A stretch of 64,000 nt of DNA. Source: an uncultured Dongia sp. (GTDB lineage Bacteria; Pseudomonadota; Alphaproteobacteria; Dongiales; Dongiaceae). The DNA lies in contig CAKZGO010000012.1 in assembly GCA_936916975.1 (NCBI GenBank), positions 1,775-65,774 on the forward strand, in the 5' to 3' direction. Shown here in pieces: positions 10,071 through 22,590 of the stretch. Under the pieces are notes generated by a model, which did no database searches, was not told the DNA's origin, and saw only the letters and a program-made list of their open reading frames with translations. How positions within the stretch are numbered: the first letter of the stretch is position 1; each line of letters starts with the position of its first letter. A program made the translations under genes and the position numbers.

Positions 10071-10459
10071 CGTCCCCGCCCAATCGACGATTTCCCGGAC
10101 TCGGCCGGCAACCCGAACGGCTATCTTGGGGAAAATTGTAAGCTAAAGAAAGATGGCTCTAAGCCGAAGAGATGGCAGAAATGATGGTCCGGCATGAGGC
10201 AATGACTCCATAGTCAACTAGTCCCAATAACGGCACAGGTCATGGCACGACTGAAGATGCAAGCGTCCAAGACCCGCAAGGAGAAGCTGAAAATGCTCGA
10301 ACCCCGCGTAACCGACCTAGTTCTAGATATCACCAAGTGAAAGCGCTGAGAATGAAGTCATAAATACAGATGCTGCATTCTGTGCCTTCGCGGGAATGCG
10401 TCCCGTGCCGCGGTGACGGCACCGACCTCAGCTATTTCTTCACCGCGCGTTTCTTCGAC

Positions 10460-13400
10460 TTAGTCGACGTCGATCGTGTTCTGGATATAGAGCGTGGCCG
10501 TCCCTGACGTGTATTTGAGGAAGGTGATGTAATCACTTGTGGCACCAGTCGGATCGACGATGCTCACCTGGCCGTTCTGGTTCCAGACGCCATCCAGATA
10601 AACCTTGTCGTCGAGGCCCGGACCCGCCTCGCCATCGCCACGGCCCAGGATGTAGAGCGTGTCATTGGCATCGGTCATGTCGATGACGTCCTGGGCGCTG
10701 AGGCCGTTATCGCCATCGGTATGATTGCCGAAATTGGCGGGGGCGCCGGACGTGCGCAGATCGAAGGCCTCGACGTCGTGGATGCGGCCGACGAAGTCCG
10801 CGCCACTGTGGTCGAGGTCGACATTGGCCAACGAGAACTTCTCGAAGCGCACCGTGTCAAAATCGAGACCGCCTTGCAGTATGTCGCTGGGGCCAAAAAC
10901 CAGCCAATCATTGCCGCCGCCGCCATCGAGCATGTCAGTGACGGGGAAGCCCGGATCGCGACCGCCATAGAGAATATCGTCACCGCCACTGCCGCTGAGT
11001 GTCTCGCCAAACTCGTTGCCGATGATGATATCGCCGTTGTGGGTGCCGGTGACCTGGTTGTTGTCGAAGGCGACGTTATAGGTCAGGACATAATCCACCA
11101 ATGTCCCGCCCTGGTCCGAATGCCCCACTTCATCGGTCACAGTGTAGGTGAAGAGAGAGTCGGGGAAGGGATACGAGTTGGCGCCGGGGTTGAGCCCTTG
11201 CGGATTGAGATCGAATTCGACGTGACTAGACACGGCGGAGACGTGGAGGGTATTGCCCGGGGATTGGGCGTTGAGTATGTCCAGCAGGTATTTGTGATCG
11301 TCGATATCGTTGCGCACCAGCCAGTCCGTGGGGATGCTCATAAACTGTGTCTCGCTGGTGATAAGCCAGTCGTTGACGGCCGTTACGGGCATGTCCGTGC
11401 GCAAGGCGACGGCAAAGGTGGCGCTGTCGGTGCTGCCGTCGGCATCCTTGATCGTGTAACTGAATTGATGCGTCGTCGGCACGGGGAGATTGTTCGGCTG
11501 TTCGAAGAACCAGCTGCCGTCGCTGTTCACTGTCAGCTTGCCGCCGGTCACGTCGATGCTGAGGCTGGCGCCGCTCATTAGGTAATCGGTGCCGTTGAAG
11601 GTCACTTTGGTGACCTGGCCCGGGCCATCGGCGCCGAACTCGTCATTGGCGGTGAGGGCATTGGTCACGAACGTCCCGGTCTGGGTAATGGCGTAGGTGC
11701 CGTCATCCACCGCATCCGGGCCAGCATCCTCCACCCGCACCGACATGTTGGCGGTCGCCGTGGCCTGGGCGCTGTCGCCATCGCCATCGGTCGCGGTCTG
11801 GGTGACATGGATCGGCAGGCTGAGGTATTTGAAACTGTCCTGCTCGCCGGTATGGTCGATGCTGCGCTGCAGATCGAACTTGACCGCTTGGGCACCGAGC
11901 GACACCACGAAGACGAGCTCGCCGCCGATCGCGGTCCGGCCTTCGATCGTGTTGGCATCGACCTGATGCAGCTTGATGAATTCGCCGGAAGCGGCATCCT
12001 TGTAAGTCGTGACCGTATCCGCCAACGGTTGTCCGTCGATCCCGGTCAAGCTGTAGCTGACAGTGCCCGGACCATCGGCGCCATAGTTCACCGGATGGAA
12101 CATCCAGCTATAGCCTTCGGTATCGTCGGTGGCCGGCGTGGCCTCATCAACCACGAATGAGACACCGCTGGTGCTGTTCTGCGTCTCCGGCCCGTCGTCA
12201 TCGATGACGAAGCCGATATCGTCGAGCCGCGTATCGCCGTCGCCATCGGTATAGCTGACACCAAAGCGGAGATAGATGTTGTCCTCGGTGTCAATGCCAT
12301 GATGGTCGAGCGGCTGGATCTGGGTGAAGGTATACGTACCTGTCACCTGGTCGATTGTGAGGGTCATCACCGGATTGTTGCTGTTGTCGGCGATCACCAG
12401 TTCGGTGGCGCTTGAGCTCAGGACTTTGAGCGCGGAACCGGCCGTCGTTTCCAGCGGGTTGCCGGCACCCCAGTAATTTGCACCGATCGCGGTGCCGGGG
12501 GCGATGATCGCCAGACCATAGGGCAGTTCGCCCGGACCATCGGCGCCGAAGATCGCCGAAAGATGGCCTTTCCCGACATTGGTCGCGATGACCGAGCCCG
12601 GACTGACGTTGAAGAACGGATCGTCGCCGTTGGTGTCCCAGTTCGAATTGCCCTGGGCATCCTTGTCTTGGTTGCCGTTGCCGACAAAGTCCTCATCGAT
12701 CCACTGATAGACCTCGGAATTCTCGATCAAGCCGGGGCCGGCGTGACCCCAGCCCCATTGCTTGATGAAGTCGTCGTCGATCGACATGGTAAGGGTATGC
12801 GAGGGCGCGCCGCCGCCATTGGTCGCGGTCACCGTGACAGGCAGCAGGACATTGTCCTCGAAGTAGGTCTCGGCATTCTGGGTCTGCGGGTTGTCCTGGG
12901 CCGGATGCTTGATCGGGCTGAACAGCTCTACCTCATAGACCGCCGTCGCATTGTCGATGACGTTGAATTCCAGCACCTTGTCGCTGTTGCCGGGCTCGCC
13001 GGCCCAGACGGTGACATGGCCGGTGCCGTTGCCCTCGACATTGGCCAGTGTCAGCACAGTGCCGTCGAGCAGCACGATCTTGGCGATCTGCACCTCGTCG
13101 AAAGTGAAGGTGATGGCGCCGACATCCCCGTTCCAGTTGAAGCCGTTGCCCAGCGTGTTGCGGAACACGGCTTCGGTCGCCGGATCGGGCAGATTGTTGA
13201 CCTGGTGGCCGCCAACATCATCGCCTGGCGTGCCATCATTGGTCGGCGCTGCGGGGTCGTCATAACTGCCGTTCGGCAGGCCATCTTCGTCGATAATCGC
13301 GGTCTCGTCCTCGAATGTCGCAGGCTGGAAGTGCTTCAGCGTAAAGCTGAATTCGGCACTGTCGGTGTCGCCATCTGCATCCTGCGCGGTATAGGAGAAG

Positions 13401-16306
13401 GTGAAGGTTGGCAGGACCTCGCCATCCGTATTCTTCAACTGGGTAAAGGTCCAGTCGCCATTCGGCGAGATGCTGAGCGCGCCGATCGCCAGCTGCGGTG
13501 AGATCAGATGGCCAGCTTCGTCGAGATAGTAAGTGTAGCCGTTGCCGGTCTGCTCATAGACGGTGTTGTCAATATAGACGGATTTCACTGTAGCTGGCCG
13601 GTCGGCACCGACATTGTCATTGGCAAGAAGGTTGCCGCCAATACTCTGGTTGAGATGTTCGACGGTGAGCGTCGTCTCGTCATGGGCGACGATCATATCG
13701 TCATCGACATCGAACTTGACCGAGACGGTCTTGGTGTCGCCATCGGCATCGGTCACTGTGACGGGGACGTTGAACAGGATATCGCTCTCGGTATTCCCAT
13801 CGCCCAGGCCGCCGCCCGCCGCATCATGGCGCAAGGCCTGGTAGAGATTGAAGGCGATTTGGTTGCCGACGATGCTGATCGAGAACATCTTGTTGTCGTC
13901 GATCTGCTCGGCCTGCGAAATAACGCCGTCATTGTCGGCATCGGCATAACCGAACACGACCTGCCCATCGCCTGTGGCCACCAGCTTCACATTGGCGCCA
14001 TCGGAGGCGCGCTTCAAATCGCCGTCGATATTGCCGCTGACCGTGATGGTGGCGGGGTCGAGCGAGAGCGGGAAGGCACCGTTCGGACCGTCGGCGCCCA
14101 CATCGAAGGCCAGCGTCGCCAGAGCCTGGGTGCCGCCGATATCGTCGCTGGAGCGGGGATCGTTGTCGTTGTTGCCGCCGCCCAGCCAATCCTCGTCGAG
14201 ATAGCCGACGCCATCACCGTTGTTGGGCGAGCCTTCGTCGTCGGCATCATGGTCGTTTGTGTAGCCGACGAGGCTGATGGTGGGACCATCGTCGCGGATG
14301 GTGACGTCGAGCGGCGTTTCCACAAAATCGCCGTCGTAATCGGTGGCACGCACGATGATCGAGGCGCCCTCAGCGATCTGCAGGCCCAGGGTCGCTTCGT
14401 CGGCATCGGTGGTGTCGGCCTGGTTGACCTGATGCAGCTGGGTCAGGATGACCTGGCCGAGGCTGGGATCGATCGACAGCACGAAGACCGGGATCACCAG
14501 ATCGCCGTCCTCGGCATAGCCCTTGATCGTGTTGGCGTCGACCTGCTCGGCCTGGACCGCCAGTTCCACGCCATCCACTGTGATGGTCCAGTTGGTAAGG
14601 CCGCCGCTCAAAGGTGCCGCGGCATCGCCGATATAGAACTGGAAGGCATTGGCATAGGCGCCGTTGTCGCCGGCAAAGACGGTTTTGCCGGCTTCCTTGT
14701 TGCCGACATAGGCAATGGCCTGGCTGTCCCAGATGCCGGCGCGACCATCAGCGCCGAAGCTCACCGAAATAGAGGTGCTGGCGGCACCGATCGGCTGGGC
14801 ATCGGGCCAGCCGGCGGCGGCAAGTGCCTTGCCGATCTCGTAGCCATATTGTTGCGGATCGATATCCTCCGGCGCATCCTGGCCGGGAGTTTCGTCATGG
14901 ACGATGCCGGTGTCGCTGGGGGCCTTGGTGACCACAACGCTGCCTTTACCTTCGCCCTGTTCGACCCAGTCGTAATCCAGGTAGCCGAGCTCAGGCACGT
15001 CGTCGATGTCGGTGAAGACGACCGAGCCGGCAGGTGCTGGGGTCACCGAATTGTTGCTGTCCACCATGAAGAAGGGGACGTCGATGTCGAGGGCATCCAG
15101 AATGTTGCCATCGGCATCGTTGATGCCGGGGACATTGTCGACCACGCCATAGAGGGTGAAGTCGATGTCGAAACTGCTGATCGGGTCGGTGCCCTCGAAT
15201 TCACGGAAGCTGATGGTGAAGACCACCTCGACGACGGTATAGGGCTTGCCCTGGCCGTCATAGGTGACTTCGGTATAGGCGACCAACGTTTCGCCATGGC
15301 TGCCGGTGGCGCCAGGCAGAACGGCATACTTCACCTCTAGGCTATGGGACGTAAGGCCGAGGGCGGTGAGCTGGTCGATGATCGGCGTGCCGCCATTGCT
15401 GAAGCTCAAATGCCCCGGCACGTCGCCAAAGAAGTTCACCTGGGCGACGGCGGTACTGCTCAGCGGCTCGCGGTCCAGATCGACGCCTTCGGGCGACGGC
15501 TCCGGCAGGCTGGGCGCGTTCTGCGAGCCATCTTCATGGTCGTCAGCGTCAAAGGGATCGTTGCCCTGTTCCTCAGGTCCCGCCCAATAGACATTGGGCT
15601 GGCCGCCGATGAGTTTGCCGAGGGCGATCAGCACATGGGAGGGGTAGGGATCGAGTTCCTTGGCCGCCGAGAATTCTTCGTTACGTTCGAGGTCGTCTTC
15701 ATTGACGACCTGGCCAGGGGTGACGCTGACCAGCGTGGGCGACGTATTGATCTCGTCGTTTTCCTCCAGGCGGTCGAACGCGCGCTGGATCAAGCCGTAT
15801 TGCAGTTCCGTGGCGCTGAGGCCGCCCACGGCGTTGAGACCGCCGATGCCGGCATTGGGATCGAAAGGGGCAAAGAGGCCGCCATTGTTGTCGACGCCAC
15901 TGCCCTGGTCGCCGGCGGCGGGACCTGCCGCCGTCGCAATGTCGATCGAGGGATCTGTCGCCGCGACCACGCTCGCCACGTCGACCGTGGTTCCGTCTTT
16001 GTCGAGCAGGGTGACCGGGGCTTCCGCCGTGGCGGCGGTGTAACCCAGCAGAATGACCGTGACCTCGCCGACCTTCACGGCGAGGTTGCCGTTGCCATCG
16101 TCAAGGCGGGCCATCATCCCGTCCTGGGCGAAGGGCAGGGACAGGATCTCGCCCGGCGTCACCTGGATCCGGACGATTGATTCACCCGCCGCGATCTGGA
16201 TCTGGGTAGCGCTCTGGGTCGGAATTACCCGCTCCACATCGCTTTCATGAACGACCGGCGCCACATCAGCATTGTCGGAATGATTGAAATTGGCATCAGT
16301 CGCCAT
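10460..16306 (-). CDS. Giant (~1,948 aa) T1SS-type RTX repeat adhesin, LapA-like
   Basis: The ORF track gives 1,995 aa (to 16447). I prefer ATG 16304-16306, which has GGGGGAG 7 nt upstream. It contains many Ca-binding D.DGD-type repeat modules (VTDADGDT, AQDADGDTDS, YTDGDGDT, TDGDGDS, IKDADGSTDS). C-terminal RTX nonapeptides are present (GSGGDDILYGG, GGGGNDWLVFG), followed by an acidic secretion-signal-like tail. The N-terminal ~120 aa are followed by ATAAGP (nt 15923-15934). Confidence 0.85.
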   Translation of the reverse strand: MATDANFNHSDNADVAPVVHESDVERVIPTQSATQIQIAAGESIVRIQVTPGEILSLPFAQDGMMARLDDGNGNLAVKVGEVTVILLGYTAATAEAPVTLLDKDGTTVDVASVVAATDPSIDIATAAGPAAGDQGSGVDNNGGLFAPFDPNAGIGGLNAVGGLSATELQYGLIQRAFDRLEENDEINTSPTLVSVTPGQVVNEDDLERNEEFSAAKELDPYPSHVLIALGKLIGGQPNVYWAGPEEQGNDPFDADDHEDGSQNAPSLPEPSPEGVDLDREPLSSTAVAQVNFFGDVPGHLSFSNGGTPIIDQLTALGLTSHSLEVKYAVLPGATGSHGETLVAYTEVTYDGQGKPYTVVEVVFTISFREFEGTDPISSFDIDFTLYGVVDNVPGINDADGNILDALDIDVPFFMVDSNNSVTPAPAGSVVFTDIDDVPELGYLDYDWVEQGEGKGSVVVTKAPSDTGIVHDETPGQDAPEDIDPQQYGYEIGKALAAAGWPDAQPIGAASTSISVSFGADGRAGIWDSQAIAYVGNKEAGKTVFAGDNGAYANAFQFYIGDAAAPLSGGLTNWTITVDGVELAVQAEQVDANTIKGYAEDGDLVIPVFVLSIDPSLGQVILTQLHQVNQADTTDADEATLGLQIAEGASIIVRATDYDGDFVETPLDVTIRDDGPTISLVGYTNDHDADDEGSPNNGDGVGYLDEDWLGGGNNDNDPRSSDDIGGTQALATLAFDVGADGPNGAFPLSLDPATITVSGNIDGDLKRASDGANVKLVATGDGQVVFGYADADNDGVISQAEQIDDNKMFSISIVGNQIAFNLYQALRHDAAGGGLGDGNTESDILFNVPVTVTDADGDTKTVSVKFDVDDDMIVAHDETTLTVEHLNQSIGGNLLANDNVGADRPATVKSVYIDNTVYEQTGNGYTYYLDEAGHLISPQLAIGALSISPNGDWTFTQLKNTDGEVLPTFTFSYTAQDADGDTDSAEFSFTLKHFQPATFEDETAIIDEDGLPNGSYDDPAAPTNDGTPGDDVGGHQVNNLPDPATEAVFRNTLGNGFNWNGDVGAITFTFDEVQIAKIVLLDGTVLTLANVEGNGTGHVTVWAGEPGNSDKVLEFNVIDNATAVYEVELFSPIKHPAQDNPQTQNAETYFEDNVLLPVTVTATNGGGAPSHTLTMSIDDDFIKQWGWGHAGPGLIENSEVYQWIDEDFVGNGNQDKDAQGNSNWDTNGDDPFFNVSPGSVIATNVGKGHLSAIFGADGPGELPYGLAIIAPGTAIGANYWGAGNPLETTAGSALKVLSSSATELVIADNSNNPVMTLTIDQVTGTYTFTQIQPLDHHGIDTEDNIYLRFGVSYTDGDGDTRLDDIGFVIDDDGPETQNSTSGVSFVVDEATPATDDTEGYSWMFHPVNYGADGPGTVSYSLTGIDGQPLADTVTTYKDAASGEFIKLHQVDANTIEGRTAIGGELVFVVSLGAQAVKFDLQRSIDHTGEQDSFKYLSLPIHVTQTATDGDGDSAQATATANMSVRVEDAGPDAVDDGTYAITQTGTFVTNALTANDEFGADGPGQVTKVTFNGTDYLMSGASLSIDVTGGKLTVNSDGSWFFEQPNNLPVPTTHQFSYTIKDADGSTDSATFAVALRTDMPVTAVNDWLITSETQFMSIPTDWLVRNDIDDHKYLLDILNAQSPGNTLHVSAVSSHVEFDLNPQGLNPGANSYPFPDSLFTYTVTDEVGHSDQGGTLVDYVLTYNVAFDNNQVTGTHNGDIIIGNEFGETLSGSGGDDILYGGRDPGFPVTDMLDGGGGNDWLVFGPSDILQGGLDFDTVRFEKFSLANVDLDHSGADFVGRIHDVEAFDLRTSGAPANFGNHTDGDNGLSAQDVIDMTDANDTLYILGRGDGEAGPGLDDKVYLDGVWNQNGQVSIVDPTGATSDYITFLKYTSGTATLYIQNTIDVD

Positions 16307-17111
16307 ATCGCCGCTCCCCCAAATGGCAGATTTGAAATCGTGTTCAAATATGTAATTCGGGGAGTCGCGGCTTGCCCTGTTGTCGCGCCCAGCGTTGTTA
16401 CGCCCGGCAACGCGAATCCCCTGCCCCGGCGCAACTCTATGGTGCACCTATGTCGAGCACAATATATGTCTTACAAATGTAACCACACGATTTTATGAGC
16501 TAAGTCGCTTTCTCCGAAAATTTTAGAGAATTTTCCATTCGCTCAATATTCGCATGCGTTGTCGCCCAGCCGCAAATTGCGTCGCGCAGGCAAATTGACG
16601 ATTGCGGCAACGAGATTGTCGGCCGCGCTATCGAGCTCGGTACGGATGTCACGAAGTACAAGATCGGCGACCATATCGCCGTTGAGGACCTGGAATGTCG
16701 GTCCCGACGGCCGCGTCATATCGCTGGCGTGGCATTCCGGAAGAAGATGCGAACTTTTATGCTATTGATGTTTATGTACAAAACTCGACCAAACGGCAAA
16801 TAGCCGTCGCTTCCGCATCCTCAAAGTCGTCGATGACGTGAGCCGGGGAATGCCTGCCTGATACGTCGATCTCGGGGCAGCGCATGGCGCGGGAGTTGAC
16901 CGCGCTCATCGCCTTACCGAATCCGGCGACCAACGCCGCCATCCTGAAAGCCGCAAGGAACGCTGAAGCTGCGCGGGCTTATAGCTCCGCGCCAGAAAGC
17001 CCCTTGCTACCACCGCGCCAGACGGCGCATCAAACGACCAGATTCCAAAAGCGACTGGATGACGCTTCAGGGGCATTTTGGCGGCCTGCAAGTTTGGAGC
17101 ATGCATTGCTC

Positions 17112-18886
<1,775 letters not shown>

Positions 18887-18923
18887 GGAATCAATCCTCT
18901 ATTTTGCGGCTGGTCATGCGCTT

Positions 18924-19955
<1,032 letters not shown>

Positions 19956-20067
19956 TCACGACCTGATGTTTGGAAGGTAGTGCTCTCCTATTGCCCCCAC
20001 TAGACAAGGTATATCGCTTGGGCTTATGACTCCAAGTCATGGAACTTTTCACAGCTGATACGAGCAT

Positions 20068-20961
20068 ATGCAGCGCGACGAGCTAGATAGCCTGGCTTTG
20101 CTTCTCGTCGTGGCGGACGAGCAAAGCTTCACCAGAGCCGCGGCGAAGCTCGGGATATCGCAATCGGCGCTCAGCCATTCGGTTAGCCGCTTGGAGCAAA
20201 AGCTCGGCGTGCGGCTTCTCACAAGGACCACCCGCAGCATTGCGCCGACTGAGGCGGGCGAACAATTGCTGGCCACGCTGCGCCCCGCGATCGGCGAGAT
20301 ACGTGCCAAGCTCGCCGCCCTATCCGACTTTCGCGAACGTCCTGCCGGAACGATCCGCATCAGTACGCCCGAACACGCGGCCCGCACGATCCTATGGCCT
20401 GTGGCCGACCGACTGACGGCTGCTAATCCAGATCTCCATATCGAGTTGAACGTGGAGTCTGGATTCTCCGACATCGTGACCGAGCGTTTCGACGCTGGGG
20501 TTCGGCTCGGCGAGCGGATCGAGAAAGATATGATTGCGCTCCGGATCGGCCCGATGCTTCGCATGGCGGCCGTGGGCTCGCTTAGCTACTTCAAGCGGCG
20601 CGGAATCCCCAAGACACCGCACGATCTTGCACAGCATTCATGCATTAATCTCCGCCAGACAAGTTCGGGCGGCACATATGCGTGGGAATTCGAGAAAGAT
20701 GGGCGCGAGCTGAACGTGCGCGTTGAGGGCCAGCTTACATTCAACAGAGTGAGCCTGATGCTTGACGCGGCCGCGGCGGGACACGGCATCGCTTTAGTGA
20801 TGGAAGATCAAACGGCCGAGCTACTTAAGAGCGGCGCCCTAGTTCGGGTGCTCGAAGACTGGTGCGATGCTTTCGATGGCTACCACCTCTACTACCCCAG
20901 CCGACGCCAGCCCTCCGTCGCATTTCAGCTTTTGGTGGATGCACTGCGCTACAAGGGCTGA
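20068..20961 (+). CDS. LysR-family transcriptional regulator
   Basis: 297 aa with an N-terminal wHTH (FTRAAAKLGISQSALSHSVSRLEQKLGVRLLTRTTR) and a LysR substrate-binding domain. It is divergent from the AKR operon across a ~160-nt gap. Confidence 0.9.
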   Translation: MQRDELDSLALLLVVADEQSFTRAAAKLGISQSALSHSVSRLEQKLGVRLLTRTTRSIAPTEAGEQLLATLRPAIGEIRAKLAALSDFRERPAGTIRISTPEHAARTILWPVADRLTAANPDLHIELNVESGFSDIVTERFDAGVRLGERIEKDMIALRIGPMLRMAAVGSLSYFKRRGIPKTPHDLAQHSCINLRQTSSGGTYAWEFEKDGRELNVRVEGQLTFNRVSLMLDAAAAGHGIALVMEDQTAELLKSGALVRVLEDWCDAFDGYHLYYPSRRQPSVAFQLLVDALRYKG

Positions 20962-21127
20962 CGCGAACGTCACGCGCACCACATCGCTGGCTCGCAATCC
21001 AGCCGGCGTGAGCAACGAAATATCAACGGCTTAGATAGTGGCGTCCCCAACGGGAGTTGGCCGTTATCACGCGCTGCCAACGACGTCGATCCGGATCAAG
21101 ATATAGTTTGGAAAAGCAACATATTAA

Positions 21128-21391
21128 TCATTCCGACGGCTTCCGATCACTCAGCCCCATCTCCGGCGGCGACAGATCGAACTCAATCTTATTGGCCCGG
21201 CCGCCGCAGTCGCATTTGAGTTTGGCCAGGACTTCCTCGACGGTTCCGACCTTGCGCATCCTGGCCCAAAGTTGATTGCTCTTGGCGGACCCGCTCCAGA
21301 TGGCCGGCTTTCCGCAGCTGGCGCAGGTGATGGTGGTGTGCAGTAGCGTGCCTAGGCCGCGGCCGCGCCAGGGGTGTTTCGGGTCCGTCAT
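21128..21391 (-). CDS. Small Cys-rich hypothetical protein (CxxC...CxC)
   Basis: 87 aa with TCASCGKP...KCDCGG, suggesting a zinc ribbon. Its start overlaps the stop of the upstream ORF (ATGA). GC content matches the host and phage. Confidence 0.45.
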   Translation of the reverse strand: MTDPKHPWRGRGLGTLLHTTITCASCGKPAIWSGSAKSNQLWARMRKVGTVEEVLAKLKCDCGGRANKIEFDLSPPEMGLSDRKPSE

Positions 21392-21600
21392 TTCATTGGG
21401 GCCACCTCACCCCGGCGCCGGCTCTCCTCGATGGCCCAATCCGTGTGCTCATCGCAGTGCATGACGCCGAAGTGCGCCCAGGTCGCCGCAGTGCCGTAGA
21501 TGCCGGCGAGCGCGCAGCCGGGATATTGGCACGTCGTCGCCATCTCGGGCTCGCCGACGAAGTTGAGGGTGATCGGGCCGGGGGCGGAGGGGTCGGTCAT
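21388..21600 (-). CDS. Small Cys/His-rich hypothetical protein
   Basis: 70 aa with CQYPGC...HCDEH. It is translationally coupled to the 87-aa ORF, and both begin MTDP. Confidence 0.45.
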   Translation of the reverse strand: MTDPSAPGPITLNFVGEPEMATTCQYPGCALAGIYGTAATWAHFGVMHCDEHTDWAIEESRRRGEVAPMK

Positions 21601-21757
21601 GACGGCACAAATGGCTGTTCCATTCGCGGCACGATAATGAGAACATCAGCGGAACGTCAATGGGATGAAAGTCCGGTCGCCCCCGGGTTGGACTTAGCTC
21701 CAGTAAGGCCACTCCTGATATTTGCAATCGTCTGTGATAGGCTCAGCGCAATAAAAA

Positions 21758-22138
21758 GTGGGCAGGGGTGGGGCGGTGTTCACCAAGATTTCAAATCTAT
21801 GTCTAAGTATAGTGGTTTCCTTGGTCGTTCCATGCATCCCGCTAGTAGTGGAATTGGTTAAGAATCAACAGATTAAGCCGGAAACTACGTTTGTAACCGC
21901 CGCAGTAATGGCGGGCACATTTGGTGGTCTTGCTGAAAACAAACTTAATCGCAGCATCTATGCTATTCTCTTTCTGGTAACTCTTATCCTGTACGTTATA
22001 TCTACAGATGGCACGTCCCGGCCCATTGATGGTTACGCTAATCTCTTACTGTACGGCACTATGGTAACTCATTTCTTCGAGAGATTCTGGTGGCACATAG
22101 TTTTAGATAGAAGGTTCCCATCTCCGGAAAGAGATTGA
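21758..22138 (+). CDS. Small integral membrane protein (about 4 TM), no recognised family
   Basis: 126-aa ORF starting at GTG. An alternative GTG at 21776, preceded by AGGGGTGGGG, gives 120 aa. Four hydrophobic segments are present. The region is visibly AT-rich. Confidence 0.6.
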   Translation: MGRGGAVFTKISNLCLSIVVSLVVPCIPLVVELVKNQQIKPETTFVTAAVMAGTFGGLAENKLNRSIYAILFLVTLILYVISTDGTSRPIDGYANLLLYGTMVTHFFERFWWHIVLDRRFPSPERD

Positions 22139-22142
22139 GAAA

Positions 22143-22481
22143 ATGTTAGAATTTTGGCTCCCCTTCGCTGGTCTAATTGTCGCTCTGATTGGCGCATCAA
22201 TGAGCTTTATTCGGGCTGTCCGGGCGATTGCAGCTAAGAAAAGGATGCGTAGTCTCTTGGTTAAGCGGGCAGAGTACGACGCAAATTTCCGACTTCTTGC
22301 ACAACGCGCCATAAATGAAAAGCTCACGAATAGTGAAACAGAAGCTGTCGCGCGCGCCATTGAGTCTGTCGCGCAAAAGCAAATGTCTTTGCAAGAGAGA
22401 CGCCTTGTTGAGAGCGGGATAAATCAATCAAACAATCCCGGGCGGAAGCGTTATATCCGCGACCTTCTGTCAGCGGCCTAG
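22143..22481 (+). CDS. Membrane-anchored protein (one N-terminal TM helix plus a charged helical domain), no recognised family
   Basis: 112 aa with MLEFWLPFAGLIVALIGASMSFI followed by a Lys/Arg/Glu-rich helical region. It starts 4 nt after the preceding ORF and shares its low GC. Confidence 0.6.
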   Translation: MLEFWLPFAGLIVALIGASMSFIRAVRAIAAKKRMRSLLVKRAEYDANFRLLAQRAINEKLTNSETEAVARAIESVAQKQMSLQERRLVESGINQSNNPGRKRYIRDLLSAA

Positions 22482-22552
22482 TGCACGCGAAAGAGTTGGA
22501 AGTCGCAGTCGGCGAAATCCGTGTTCGACCATGAAGAAGAAATCCTGAAACG

Positions 22553-22590
22553 CAAAAAGACCCGCCCCAGCCGAGCTGGGGCGGGTCTTA
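22553..22590 (-). terminator. Rho-independent terminator ending the late/lysis operon (bidirectional geometry)
   Basis: 14-bp perfect stem AGACCCGCCCCAGC / GCTGGGGCGGGTCT (22558-22588) with a 3-nt loop. On the minus strand it is followed by TTTTT. It lies between convergent genes. Confidence 0.85.

Noticed and set aside
10242-10340. 32-codon ORF (MARLKMQASKTRKEKLKMLEPRVTDLVLDITK) in the AT-richer gap between the Sel1 and adhesin genes
   Set aside because: It is too short, has no obvious RBS and cannot be assessed for conservation. It is noted only as a possible small protein.
13508-15340. 610-aa + strand ORF, plus other long + strand ORFs at 10721-11581, 12563-13501 and 15344-16180, inside the giant adhesin gene
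   Set aside because: They are antisense shadow ORFs of a high-GC gene. Their Arg/Gly/Ala/Asp/Ile-rich composition mirrors the D/G/V/T-rich sense frame. They have no independent start signals, and the sense frame has clear RTX and repeat motifs.
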